DNA of 64,000 nt from Eledone cirrhosa (GCA_964016885.1 OZ024742.1:273110001-273174000); one strand, 5' to 3'. Positions 42,678-57,744 are shown, counted from the first letter of the stretch. Numbers and translations: made by a program. Notes: generated by a model not told the origin, from the letters alone.

Positions 42678-44309
42678 GAGGTTATATTTAATTTGTTGGG
42701 ATTCAACAAGCTTAAACATTTTTACAACTGATATAAAGCACTCAACAGGTGTGGAGTAAATATACAATATATTAATAAATGGAAACTATATTTATAAAAC
42801 CATATTTATTTTATTATATATATTTCAAGGGCAACCAAGGCAAATTAATGGTGCTCTTTCATCAGATAGAATACAGATTTGTTTCATAAATAAATATTGA
42901 CATACTCGGAAAAAAGACAACCTTGATGGTTGGAGCTTCCTGGATAGTGGAGATAATATTTTATTGAGGGTAATACAAAGTTATGAGTGAGTATGCAAAT
43001 AAGTGTCCGAAAAGTTGAAAAGATAACGGTTTATTTAAATTAAACTGTTGGAAGAAAGGTGATATGTAAGGGAGAGAGAAAAAAGAAAAGGAAGGAGAAA
43101 GAGAGAAGAGGAAAGAAAGAACGATTATATATAGTGATAGTGGAGATAGACAGAGTGAATGATGAAATGAGTTTTAATGGAAAAATCTACATAGCGTGAA
43201 TATATCTAAGTGAAAGAAGAAGTGAAAGAAGAATTAAAATTAACGAGGAATAATGATATTTAGAATGTAAGATTCATTACGTTGTGATTATAATATTTAT
43301 AATGACAGGTTGAAAAATTAGATTAAAATAAAAAATAAAAAATTAAAAATTAAAAATTAAAAATTAAAAATTAAAAATTAAAAATCAAAATTAAAAATTA
43401 AAATGTGCCTTAATATTAAAGATTTAATTTAACATTAATATTAAAAATAAAAAAAATAATAATTAAAATTAAAACAAGTATTTAAATTATATTAGGTGTA
43501 TCAGTAATAATATATTGGTTTAGATGTGTATGTTATGGATTATAAATTATTTAAATAAATATATACTATTTCACATTAGAGAACATCTAGTATATTTGAT
43601 TTTATTAAAGTAAGTTTGGCAAAGTTATATTTTTTAATAGTTGTAAGTCAAAACTTAAACATCCAAATAATTCAAAATTTATGAAAATTTACGAGAGTTT
43701 ACAAAGGAATAACTACTTAATTATATTATAAAAACAGTAAGTAAGTATAAATGAAGTTAGAAGTGATTTTTTAAGAACTCGAATGACTCAAATGATACAT
43801 AAAAAAAAGTTTTCGTAAACATTTTTTTTTTTCTTTTATGTTATAAAGTTAAAAATTGTTATCTTAAGAATATAATTTAAACAAACCATATGTTATTTTA
43901 TGAGAAGTCGTAAATTTATCTTAAGAATATTATTAAAACATAAACTATAGGTTATTTTAAAAGAATTCATACTTGTTATAAAGTTTTAAAAAATTCATCT
44001 TAAGAATATAGTTATAACATAAACCATAGGTTATTCCACATATATATAAAAAAACTATATATAAAAAACCTATATATAAGAACCATATGTTATTCCACAT
44101 ACATATAAATATTTGGATACATATACTAAAAATGTTTGAAGATATAAAATATTGGAAGATATGAAAATAATGGTTTTTCAATATCTTTCAAAGGAACTTT
44201 CACAGAATTTTCTAAACCATTCAGAAAGTGTTTCAAGGAAAATTTTTCTTAAAACAATTTCAAGTAGTCATATAAAAAAAGGTTATAATCTATTGATAAG
44301 TGTAATAAT

Positions 44310-44493
44310 TGTTTCTACTTTAGGCACAAGGCCAGCAATTACCCAGTGCATTACTGGTACTTTATTTTATCGACCCCGTAAGGATGAAAGGCAAAGTCAA
44401 CCTCGGCGGGATTTGAACTCAGATCGTAAAGGGACGTAACTATGCGGGAAAGCATGGCGTCCGACCCTCTACCGATACTGCTAATCCACCGCC
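44310..44493 (-). mobile_element. tRNA-derived SINE, copy 2
   Basis: Closely similar to copy 1. TSD ATTGATAAGTGTAATAAT at 44292 and 44497. Confidence 0.9.
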
Positions 44494-44649
44494 TTAATTG
44501 ATAAGTGTAATAATATAAAGTATATTTATGAGGTAGAGATAATAGAAAGTAAATTAAATATATATGAATCATATATAGATATAATCTAAAGGATGAGGTT
44601 GTAGGTGGTTGGATATAAAAACATTATGTAAATGAGATTAACCATATAT

Positions 44650-46845
44650 TACATTTTATATATCTAAAAGTTGAGTTTAAACGATGTTTACAAGAACTAA
44701 ATAAATTATTTCGCAAATTAATAGAGTTCTTACTATTTAGTATAAAGACTATTTCTTCAACGAAAAGGGAGCAATTTTTGGATAGAGCCGTGTATGAAAG
44801 AGATTTAGAAATAATTTCCCAAGATAAAGAATAGTTAATATTCTTTGATTTTAAGTTCCATAATAAGCTGGATAGAGAAGTTGAAGAATTTTTACCAATA
44901 TTCGCAACGGAACATTTATGGTTATTGAAACGAGATTTGAAGTCTGTGGAAGTAGAGCTGACTTAGTTAAAGGAATTTTCATTGGTTTTGACATTACAAT
45001 TGTAAACTATATTTTTAACTAAACAGTTATTATTTAGAGGACAGTTAGATTTATTTCTACGATTACATTTATCCGAATTTATATTATTGGGAGCCGTAAC
45101 ATTATATTTGATATTGCTAGAGGTATTAATGCTATTCTGGTTAGGTTTTAATTTTCTATTATTAATTCTATTAATATTTTGCGCTAAATTCATAGTGGTG
45201 GAATATGAGAGTTTAATAGTATGTCTATTAAAGATTGAGTAATATATGTGTGTCTTAGGAAAGCACTTATCTAGAGCTTCAAAAAATAATTTAGCTATTG
45301 GAGTTTTAATACTTAATGAGAAAGGGGGAGCGAACCATAATATATTTTTAGTTCTATTTCTTCTTTTGATTTTCGAGTTAGTGCAAGGTTTCCTATTATA
45401 ATTATATTTATAGTTATGGTTAATTGGCGCATCCTTTTTATCAATGTATTTAATTTCATTACTATAGCCTGCTCTACTTAACGCTTCGTTATAATATTTT
45501 GCCTTATCTTCAAATATATTTTTATTCGCTGAAATTCTAGAAATACGTTGCTGCACAGAATTTACGATAGTGTTTTTAACGGATCTGGGGTGATTGGAAT
45601 TAAAGTTAAGATAGTTTAAATTCTCATTGATTTTATGAAATGGATAATAAAGACCAGCATGAAGGTTTAAAGATACATCTAAAAAAATAATTATTTTATA
45701 ATTATTCTCTACTTCTACTTTAAGATTAACGCTATTAAAAATTGTATAATTTTTTCTTTTCTTATTTATTTCACAATTATTATTATTTTCAATAAGCAAT
45801 AGCATATCGTCACGATATAAACCACCGGTCATCTCTGGTATTTTCCTATGTAATATATTGTTAATAAAAACCCCCACAAGATCCGTTAATTGCACCGAGT
45901 CCGATGACCCATAGTGATATCGAAATTGTTATCCCTATCTGCTCTAGTCCAAAGGTGGTTGCTAAATTTAATTAATGTTTTACGTGCAGTTAAGATAATG
46001 TACATTTCATTGCTAGTTAAATCAGTATATTTAAATGCATACGTAAGAGCTTTATTAAGTAAATTAGGAGTGATAGATGAGTAATAATTAGCAATATCCA
46101 ATTGAATGAATTTATTGTTATGTTTATATTTAATGTCCTTAAACCAGTCAATAACTTCATTATTCCCTTTCCATAATTTTAAGTAAGATATTTCATTAAG
46201 TTGTGGTATGATTCTATCTAAAATATTCTTGCTAAGTATGCCAAGGTCCGATTTAGATGGTGCAATCAGTCTAACTTGTAATTCAATTTCAAAATTTCTT
46301 TTATGTTCCTACAAATTAAGTTTTCGTTTCCTAGATATGAATGGTTGAATCCTATTTTCGATGCCTAATTCCTACATTATATAAGAAGCTTCAGTATTTA
46401 GTCTTTCAAGGTCATCATTGGTTGCTCTTTTGCAAATTTTCCTTAATTCCTTCAATATAAGATTATTGTAATCATCCTTTTGCATTCCGTAAGGATTGTT
46501 GGTTTTATCTGATTTAACAAGAATGTTTTCCCTTTTTTGAAAGTTTTCTATATTATTTTGAGATAATCCTGGCCTACAAAGTGGTTTTTCTTAAATTTAA
46601 TGTTTTGTATGATAGAAATAATCTCATTTTTAAATTCCATTAATAGTTTATTGGAAGGTGGATTCTTTTGGGATTTGAAGATTGTATCAAGATTGGAAAT
46701 ATTTTCTTTCGTATCAGATTTTTTATCGAAATGAAAAGCAGGTCATTTAAGTCTTCTTATAAACGAGTCCGATTTTTCGATAAGTTGTTTTAGAAGGTCC
46801 TTACTCTTAGGTAAGGGTATGTCTTTTAGAGAAGAAGAGATCCTC
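44650..46845 (-). pseudogene. PLE RT plus GIY-YIG, frameshifted
   Basis: Motifs ISSSLKDIPLP, LDIANYYSSI, GGLYRDDMLL, IFLDVSLNL, ILWFAPPFS and CPLNNNC..IVY. Confidence 0.9.
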
Positions 46846-48254
46846 TTTAAGGAAAATTTTCCTTGATGAACTTTCTGAAGGTTTTAGAAAATTATTTGAA
46901 AGTTTCTTTGAAAGATATTGAAAAACCAATATTTTAAATCTTCAAACATTTTTAATATATGTACCCAAACATTTATATATATGTGGAATAACTTATGGTT
47001 TTTATATATATGCTTTTTTATATATAGGTTGTTTATATATATGTGGAATAACCTATGGTTTATGTTTTAACTATATTCTTAAGATGAATTTTTTTTTTAC
47101 TTTACAACAAGTATGAATTCTTATAAAATAAACTATGGTTTATGTTTTAATTATATTCTTAAGATAATTTTTTTTAACTTTATAACATCTATGACTTCTC
47201 ATAAACATTTTTTTTAGAAAATTTTTTTTTTTATGTATCCATTTCTAACTTCTATATACTTCCTTACTGCTTTTATAATATAATTAAGTTGTTATTCCTT
47301 TGTAAACTCTCGTAAATTTTCATAAGTTTAGAATTATTTGGATGTTTAAGTTTTGATTTACAACTATTAATAAATATAATTTTGCCAAACTTACTTGAAT
47401 AAAATTAACTATACTAGATTTTCGCTATTGTAAAGTACTATATATTTATTTACATAATTTTTAATCCATCACATACACATCTAAACCAATATATTATTAC
47501 TAATACAGCTTAATATAATATAAATACTTCTGTTTTAATTTTAATTTTAATTTTTTTAATTTTTAATATTAATATTAAATTAACTCTTTAATATTAAGGC
47601 AAATTTAAACTTTAAATTTGATTTTTAATTTTTAATTTTTAATTTTTAATTTTTAATTTTTAATTTTTAATTTTTAATTTTTAATTTTTAATTTTTTATT
47701 TTTTATTTTAATCTAATTTTTCGACCTATCATTATAAATATTATAATCACAACGTAATGAACCTTACATTCTAAATATCATTCTTCCACGTTAAACTTAT
47801 TTCTTATTTCACTTAGATATATTTACGCTATGAAGATTTTTCCATTAAAACTCATTTCTTCATTCACTCTGTCTATCTCCACTAACACTATGTATAATCG
47901 TTCTTTCTTTCCTCTTCTCTCTTTGTCCTTCCTTTTCTTTTTTCTCTCTCCCTTACATATCATCACCTTCCAACAGTTTAATTTAAATAAATCGTTATCT
48001 TTTCATCTTTTCGGACTCTCATTTACATACTCACACATAACTTTGTATAACCCTCAATAAAATATTATCTCCACTATCCAGGAAGCTCCAACCGTTAAGG
48101 TTGTCTTTTTTGCTGGTATCTCATTATTTATTTATGAAACAATCTGTATTTTATCTGATGAAAACGCACCATATTTTGCCTTGTTTGCCCTTGAAATATA
48201 TATAATAAAATAAATATGGTTTTATAAATATAATTTCCATTTATTAATATATCG

Positions 48255-48290
48255 TATATATATTTATGTATATATATACAATACATATAC

Positions 48291-48389
<99 letters not shown>

Positions 48390-48402
48390 CATACATACAC
48401 AC

Positions 48403-48434
<32 letters not shown>

Positions 48435-48535
48435 GTGTATATATATACATATATATATGTATATAAATATATGTATATTATATACATACATATACATAAA
48501 ATTATATATATAAATATATATATATATATATTTCT

Positions 48536-48572
<37 letters not shown>

Positions 48573-48588
48573 TCTAAACTACGTATTT

Positions 48589-48646
<58 letters not shown>

Positions 48647-48711
48647 CACACACATACATATATATATACACACATATATATATATATACACATATACGCA
48701 TATATAATATT

Positions 48712-48778
<67 letters not shown>
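48255..48778. repeat. (TA)n-derived microsatellite
   Basis: Directly visible. Confidence 0.95.
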
Positions 48779-48779
<1 letters not shown>

Positions 48780-48782
<3 letters not shown>

Positions 48783-50845
48783 GGAAAAATGAAACGAAAT
48801 TTCATTTCCCACTCTAAGTACGGCTGTTACTTAAATATAAGTATGTACACGTACATAAATATATGTATACAGACGTACAGTAGTATGTATATATATATAC
48901 ATACATGCACACATATATATATGCACGTATGGATTCACCGAACATTTATTATAATGCTCGGTGTGTTTGTAAACAAACATCCCGTATTAAGCCGTAGTGT
49001 CCAACAACCATCTTTGCTCGTTTGTTCAACACTGACAAAGGAACGCTGTACTAGTTTCAAGCTTATTAGCTATCGTCAGCAACGTATACCTTCCTGCCAG
49101 TTTGTTGAATGTATATACTTACCTTTTGCATATTAACGTTTGAGTAGCCCAATTTGCATATCGAGTGGGTTAATCGGCCGGTTGCACAGAAAACAATAAA
49201 CGGAAAAAATGAAACGAAATTTCATTTCACACTCTTAGTACGGCTGTTACTTAAATATAAATATGTACAAGCACATACATATATGTATACAGACGTACAG
49301 TAGTATGTATATATATATATATACATACATGTACACATATATATATGTACGTATGGATTCAACGAACATTTATTATAATGCTCGGTGTGTTTGTAAAGAA
49401 AAAACATACTTATTAAGCCGTAGTGTCCAGCAATCATTGTTGCTCGTTTGTTCAACACTGACAAAGGAACGCTCTAGTAGTTTCAAGCTTATTAGCTATC
49501 GTCAGCAACGTATACCTTCCTGCCAGATTGTTGAACGTATATACTTACCTTATGCATATTAACGACTGAGTAGCCCAATTTGCATATCGAGTGGGTTAAT
49601 CGGCCGGGTGCACCGAAAACGATAAACGGAAAATTATGAAACGAAATTTCATTTCCCATCTTAGTACGGCTGTTACTTAAATATAAGTATGTACATGTAC
49701 ATACATATATGTATACAGACGTACAGTAGTATGTATATATATATACATACATGCACACATATATATATGCATGTATGGATTCACCGAACATTTATTATAA
49801 TGCTCGGTGTGTTTGTAAAGAAAAAACATACTTATTAAGCCGTAGTGTCCAGCAATCATTGTTGCTCGTTTGTTCAACACTGACAAAGGAACGCTCTAGT
49901 AGTTTCAAGCTTATTAGCTATCGTCAGCAACGTATACCTTCCTGCCAGATTGTTGAACGTATATACTTACCTTATGCATATTAACGGCTGAGTAGCTCAA
50001 TTTGCATATCGAGTGGGTTAATCGGCCGGGTGCACAGAAAACGATAAACGGAAAATTATGAAACGAAATTTCATTTCCCATCTTAGTACGGCTGTTACTT
50101 AAATATAAGTATGTACATGTACATACATATATGTATACAGACGTACAGTAGTATGTATATATATATACATACATGCACACATATATATATGCATGTATGG
50201 ATTCACCGAACATTTATTATAATGCTCGGTGTGTTTGTAAACAAACATCCCGTATTAAGCCGTAGTGTCCAGCAACTATCGTTGCTCGATTGTTCAACAC
50301 TGACAAAGGAACGCTGTACTAGTTTCAAGCTTATTAGCTATCGTCAGCAACCTATACCTTCCTGCCAGATCGTTGAACGTATATACTTACCTCATGCATA
50401 TTAACGGCTGAGTAGCCCAATTTGCATATCGAGAGGGTTAATCGGCCGGGTCCACCGAAAACGATAAACGGAAAAATTAAACGAAATTTCATTTACCACT
50501 CTTAGTACGGCTGTTACTTAAATATAAGTATGTACATGTACGTACATATATGTATACAGACGTACAGTAGTATGTATATATATATACATACATGCACAAA
50601 TATATATATGCACATATGGATTCACCGAACATTTATTATAATGCTCGGTGTGTTTGTAAAAAAACAAACATCCCGTATTAAGCCGTAGTGTCCAGCAACC
50701 ATCGTTGCTCGTTTGTTCAACACTGACAAAGGAACGCTGTACTAGTTTCAAGCTTATTTGCTATCGTCAGCAACGTATACCTTTCTGCCAGATTGTTGAA
50801 CGTATTTACTTACATTATGCATATTAACGGCTGAGTAGCCCAATT

Positions 50846-50850
<5 letters not shown>
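48780..50850 (-). repeat. Tandem array of ~5 x 422 bp units, one HHR per unit (retrozyme-like)
   Basis: Unit starts at ~48780, 49199, 49626, 50048 and 50468. Embedded in (TA)n; no real ORF. Confidence 0.92.
49043..49085 (-). ncRNA. Type I hammerhead ribozyme; array copies 49469-49511, 49891-49933, 50311-50353, 50734-50776
   Basis: ACGUUG-CUGACGA-UAGCU-AAUA-AGCUU-GAAA-CUAG-UA-CAGCGU. Confidence 0.87.
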
Positions 50851-50915
<65 letters not shown>

Positions 50916-51629
50916 TATATATATCTTCTCTTCTAATATCTAATCCCTAATCTGTACCTTTTCTCACTCTTGCCTAACATAGAATCAATTATTACATAAT
51001 ACAACACATTCTTACTCTATATCACCTTATAAAAATCCTTCGTAAACATATACATTTTTTTTTTACGTTAGAATATTCATCCGCAATTCATTAATCTTTT
51101 CTCCCTATCATCTAACTCATTATTCTCAATACATATTAACTCCTTCTCTTTCTTCGCACATATATTTTTCTCTTTGTTAATCTTCAAATTCTTTTAATTC
51201 ATACATTATCTTCCAACGGTTTTCAACTTCTCTATGTAAAACAATATATCTTTCTCAGTTATAAAATCTCTCTCTCTCTCTCTCTATCACCCATCTCTCC
51301 TCCTATCTCATCCTTCCTCACTATACTCTTCCCTCTCCACCTTCAGTCTCACCTCCTCCTCTTTTTTTCATCCCCCCCCTCTAAATAAAATGTTTTTCCC
51401 AATATCGCACATCATTAAATTTTCGCGCCCTTATTTGGAAATCTATTCTGTAGCCTTTTTAGAGAATTTTTTGACAAGCAAAAGAAAATGGTCAAGAGAA
51501 ATGGGATGGGAGAATTGTTCTGGTTCAGTGAATATGGTTAGTTCGCCAGGTGTCAGAATTTAGATTTTCTATTGAAGTAAAGAAAGTAAAGATGTGTATG
51601 TTTATTTGTGTGCTCGTGTGTGTGTGTGC

Positions 51630-51734
<105 letters not shown>

Positions 51735-52289
51735 AATTACTTTTTACTTAAAGAAAGTAAAAAGAAATTCAAACAAACACACACAACACACACACACACA
51801 CACACACGAGCACACAAATAGATATACACAGCTTTACTTTCTTTAATTCAATAGAAAATTTAATGAAAGCATGTTCACGTGACAACCATAATTTCATTTA
51901 TAACCAATCATATTACGTTTATTAAGAAAAAAGCCTTCGTGAGCCGCCTTTTCTTTAAGTAAAAAGAAATTCAAACACTCACATATGAAAAAACAACCTG
52001 TAACCCCCCACCTCTTGTTTGGAGAAGTTTGTAACGCGAACTGGCGCGAAATTTATTATAATTATTGACCAACCAATCAAATTACTTCTCGAAAAACCTG
52101 GCATTTCAAGCCCCTTTTTCCATATAAAACAAGTAACATTCAGAGACCAACCAGATGTGAGAAAAACCACAGACCCTCCATTTCAACTCTACTTTTGAAA
52201 AACAGAATTACTGAGAAACCGGTAAATGAACCAAATAAATATATATATAATTTTTTAAATAAGTCTCCAGTTGCATTTTCGATTTCATC

Positions 52290-52339
<50 letters not shown>

Positions 52340-52341
<2 letters not shown>

Positions 52342-53105
52342 TAGTATTTATGTATTAGTATTCCGAATTAATATTTCGTATTAGATTTCTTAGTATATTG
52401 CTCTTCAACTTATTAACTCGTCATTGTAAGATAGCATTGGCTGATTACTACTATCTATAGCAGTGGTGTTAGACCCCCTGTAAAGATGGCTTTATAAAAT
52501 GCTTTCACTACAATCTCGTATTTAGTATTTTCCTCCACCTATTAAACTTCTCTATAGCTTAGCAATACCAATGAGAGATTTGGTGATTGCGGGGATGGAG
52601 TAGTAGCCAGAAATTGGTTTTTATATATTTATTTCCTCATTTTAATAATGGTTTTTTTTTACTCCCTTTCAATTTACCTATTCTTTCAACCCCCCTTCTC
52701 CTGTACACTTTTTTCGCACTTCTATACACTATCCTTAGAATCTGCTGTATAGATTTCACTTTCAACGCTTGACTGGGTTTCCCCCACTCCTTCTTTGTTC
52801 TACCGGCAAGTTCAGCTACCCATACCTCCCACTAAATGCCATGATAGAATCATCTGTCTTTACAACAAACATTTGATTAATCCTTTTGACAATTACTCTC
52901 TTCCCATATATGGAATTACCCCCTGAGAAGTTCGGGTATTTATTTACCAGGCTGAAAATTCTCATTTAGTCCAGAATTAGCCGTCGAAACAGCTTGAGCT
53001 CTGCCGTCGGGGTCATACTTGCTCCTATTACCCACTCAACTACCCTAAGTATTGAGTGCTTTGGTGCGTTATTGTCCATCTGGTTCCTTACCACATTTCC
53101 TTCGT

Positions 53106-53107
<2 letters not shown>
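52340..53107 (+). mobile_element. Diverged 3' terminus of the 39495-42605 PLE family
   Basis: 52800-53107 aligns with 42375-42603 and with the reverse complement of 39495-39800. Confidence 0.75.
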
Positions 53108-53129
<22 letters not shown>

Positions 53130-53138
<9 letters not shown>

Positions 53139-54236
53139 GGATGTATATATAATGTATTTTGCAATACACTTTATGCTTAATTAAAAGCATTTTGAAGACT
53201 GTATGCTATTGTTTTAGAGTAGTGACAATTTCACTCACTTTAATCTCAGCAAACAGGGGAGATAAGCCGACAAGGTCTTGTTTCGCTTTTGTTGAAGCTT
53301 ATCGAGGCTAACTACTCCCTCCTGTCTACCGAGATTACTGATGTTATATTCTTATAGAATTCTAGTAAATAATCAGGAACTGATTATACAGAACGATTGT
53401 TGGTCAGGCAGAAATTAAAAATTAGAATTGGAGCTCTGAAATAGCAATATATATATATGGATGTATATATAATGTATTTTGCAATACAGTTCATGCTTAA
53501 TTAAAAGCATTTTGAAGTCTGTATGCTATTGTTTTAGAGTAGTGTCAAATTCACTTACTTTAATCTCAGCAAACAGGGGAGATAAGCCGACAAGGCTTTG
53601 TTTCGCTTTTGTTGAAGCTTATCAAGGCTAACTACTCCCTCCTCTCTACCGAGATTACTGATGTTATATTCTTATAGAATTCTTGTAAATAATCAGGAAC
53701 TGATTATACAGAGCGATTGTTGGTCAGGCAGAAATTAAAAATTAGAATTGGAGCTCTGAAATAGCAATATTTTGCTGAGATTAAAATAAGTGAATTTGTC
53801 ACTACTCTAAAACAATAGCATACAGTCTACAAAATGCTTTTAATTAAGCATAAAGTGTATTGCAAAATACATTATATATACATCCATATATATATTGCTA
53901 TTTCAGAGCTCCAATTCTAACTTTTTATTTCTGCCTGACCAACAACCGCTCTGTATAATCAGTTCCTGATTATTTACTAGAATGCTATAAGGATATAACA
54001 TCAGTAATCTCGGTAGACAGGAGGGAGTAGTTAGCCTTGATAAGCTTCAACAAAATCGAAACAAGGCCTTGTCGGCTTATCTCCCCTGTTTGCTGAGATT
54101 AAAGTAAGTGAATTTGTCACTACTCTAAAACAATAGCATACAGTCTTCAAAATGCTTTTAATTAAGCATAAAGTGTATTGGAAAATACATTATATATACA
54201 TCCATATATATATTGCTATATCAGAGCTCCAATTCA
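53130..54236. repeat. ~320 bp unit: two tandem copies plus ~1.5 inverted copies (retrozyme-like)
   Basis: Direct copies at 53130-53449 and 53450-53771; 53772-54236 is the reverse complement. Confidence 0.9.
54031..54079 (+). ncRNA. Hammerhead ribozyme, U3-A8 variant; copies 53263-53312(-) and 53583-53632(-)
   Basis: AGCC-UUGAUAA-GCUUCAACAAAA(G/U)C-GAAA-CAAGGCCUUG-UC-GGCU. Confidence 0.85.
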
Positions 54237-54254
54237 AATATATATATATATATA

Positions 54255-55935
54255 CACCATCTCACAGCCCATCGCCTTACGGTCGAACAACGAACTATCT
54301 TCATCTTACAGACCCACACTCCCCCCGGCCTGAACTCCCCACCCTTATTCCTTTAGCGTTCAACCGCCCCCCCCCCACTTATCCCCCACTACCACTACTA
54401 ACACACCCCTCCTTTTCACCGCCCAACCCACACTAACAATATTAACACCTCCACTCAACCCCTCATCTGACGACCCTTCCCCAACTAACATACTAATATC
54501 CCTTCCCTCCACTCTTCTCCTCCTCCCCCTCCTTATCACACGCACACACCCACCGGCACATATATACACACGCTCACACTATACACATACCCTACTACCA
54601 CCACTAACCCTCACCCCTCTCACCCCACACCTCCATCCCACCACCCCGCAACTAACCTCACTAACACCCCCTAACCCCAAGCACATGAACACACGCACCC
54701 ACTTACACCACCCACCCCACACGCAACTAACATCACTAACACCCCCAACCCCACGCACACGTACCCACACACCTTCGTACACCACCAACTCTACACACCC
54801 TACCACCACTAACCCCCTCTCACACCTGCATTCGACCCCTCCCCACGTCCCGTATACTAACACCCACTAACACCTCTTCATCAAACTACACACACACCAG
54901 TACACCACACTCCCTCCATAGAACCACACACACCCTTTTCTCCCCACTCCACCCACACCCTCGCTCCACACTCACTCATCCCACTAACACCCCTACTAAT
55001 ACACACACACACACACACACCCCCCTCACTCCAACTTTCACACCTACCCATCCTCGCCCCCTACCATTCCACTGACTGCTGCTGTGCCCTCTGGCCACCT
55101 CCCAGCACCAACAGACCACAGCACTCCCACTGCTGACCACTTCCTGTTGCGCACGCACCCCACATCTCTCCTCTTCCGACCACCACTTCATGGATTACCC
55201 ACACGCAGAATTTGACTTACAAACAATCTACTAAACATCCTTGGAACTTACCAACTTTTCAACCATCCTCTTTCGTAATCACCTATATAAATCACCCGCA
55301 CACACACCCCAAAACAAATTTTTTTCTCCACACGCCACCTACACCACAACACGCTTAAACCCCACACACACACGTGCTTCCCACCACATATTTACACCCT
55401 CAGCCTCCTGATTCCTATCCCCCTCCCCACCCCCTATCCACAAACGCACAGACACTCCGATCCACAAAAAACACCCCCCACACACACCCCTTCCTGAACA
55501 TGCAACCTCGTTTTTCCCCCAACCCTTACTTTCACCTACACACACACACACACACGCACACCTACACACACACACCACCTTCAGCCCTCCCCGCTCGGAC
55601 ACCCCGTCTCCTTCTCCCCATTCCACCCGTCACCACCCCTACTCACCCCACACCCTTCAACCACCTGTTTACCCCCCTTTTAATTTCAGTTTATTTTGAT
55701 CATGCCTTTATTTTTTTTTTTTATCTTTACTTGTTTTTTTTCATTCGCACCATTTCCTTTCGCTATATGTCTCTCCACCACTCCCCTACACACCTTTTGA
55801 ACTCTGTTCCCACACACTTCTCACCTGAGGAAGGGCTTATGCCCGAAACGTCGTCCCCCACTCTCCTGAGCGTGAAATTAATAAACATTTATTGTACTGC
55901 CTCTCTGTTTTGTCCCTGTTCAAATTTTTCCATTA
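54255..55935 (+). mobile_element. PLE 3' relic with a long C/A-rich tail and terminal HHR
   Basis: 54272-54337 reads RLTVEQRTIFILQTHTPPGLN, a PLE endonuclease C-terminal motif. CUGAGGA-AGGGCUUAUGCCC-GAAACGUC at 55825-55852. Confidence 0.65.
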
Positions 55936-55959
55936 AATATATATATATATATATATATA

Positions 55960-57008
55960 TACATTATGAAGACAGAAGAAACATTTAGATACAATTAGTA
56001 ATAAAATGTATCATACCTAAACTGCTCCTAAATTCCTCGACTACGTAGTTTCGTGGCATAAACAAAAACAATATATCATAAAGATATAGAGTCCCTGCGA
56101 GGTCTGCCGACTTATCAAGAGGATACCTCATTTTACTAGTCTCAAGAACGCGTCTACACGACGTGAGAAAGAATCCCAAAAGGCGGAGGGGGAGATAGTC
56201 ACGCGATATAACGGTCGAGAAACAGAGCTAAGCCTCTTATAACCACGAAGAAAATACCACGGAGGCGGAGGGGGTATTCATATCGAGGCCGCAGAAGAGG
56301 TGGTGAAGAAGGCTAGAAGTATGAGTAATGGAAGCTTTCCAGTTGTCCCCACACTTCAAAGATTGCTCGACCAGAGGGAGTTATTAACAATATATTTAGA
56401 AACACACAGATACATGCGGACACACACACATATATACATCAATGCATCCGCACCCAACTGTGAGTTAAGGGTGCCAACTTCACCGATGTTGCTCAATGAA
56501 TGACCGGGACAGACCAATTCAGTTGAACTAGACTGAACCAGTATCAGAGTTAAAAATACATTATGAAGAGAGAAGAAACATTTAGATACAATTAGTAATA
56601 AAATGTATCATACCTAAACTGCTCCTAAATTCCTCGACTACGTAGTTTCGTGGCATAAACAAAAACAATATATCATAAAGATATAGAGTCCCTGCGAGGT
56701 CTGCCGACTTATCAAGAGGATACCTCATTTTACTAGTCTCAAGAACGCGTCTACACGACGTGAGAAAGAATCCCAAAAGGCGGAGGGGGAGATAGTCACG
56801 CGATATAACGGTCGAGAAACAGAGCTAAGCCTCTTATAACCACGAAGAAAATACCACGGAGGCGGAGGGGGTATTCATATCGAGGCCGCAGAAGAGGTGG
56901 TGAAGAAGGCTAGAAGTATGAGTAATGGAAGCTTTCCAGTTGTCCCCACACTTCAAAGATTGCTCGACCAGAGGGAGTTATTAACAATATATTTAGAAAC
57001 ACACAGAT
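55960..57008 (-). repeat. 597 bp near-identical partial tandem repeat (1.75 units), retrozyme-like
   Basis: TACATTATGAAGA(C/G)AGAAGAAAC recurs at 55960 and ~56558; identical spurious ORFs sit 597 bp apart. Confidence 0.92.
56034..56123 (-). ncRNA. Hammerhead ribozyme, U3-A8 variant; second copy 56631-56720
   Basis: UCCUC-UUGAUAA-GUCGGCA..UGCCAC-GAAA-CUACGUAG-UC-GAGGA. Confidence 0.83.
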
Positions 57009-57009
57009 A

Positions 57010-57655
<646 letters not shown>

Positions 57656-57666
57656 ATATAATATAT

Positions 57667-57744
<78 letters not shown>

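Larger units (their letters stand above)
42770..48250 (-). mobile_element. Penelope-like element 3 (PLE1 relative) between ~1.4 kb inverted repeats
   Basis: 42770-44250 is an imperfect reverse complement of 46850-48250. Same terminal HHR family as PLE1. Confidence 0.88.

Noticed and set aside
48780-50850. CRISPR-like array or repeated protein-coding exons
   Set aside because: Whole units repeat with no unique spacers, and the short ORFs are interrupted and microsatellite-derived.
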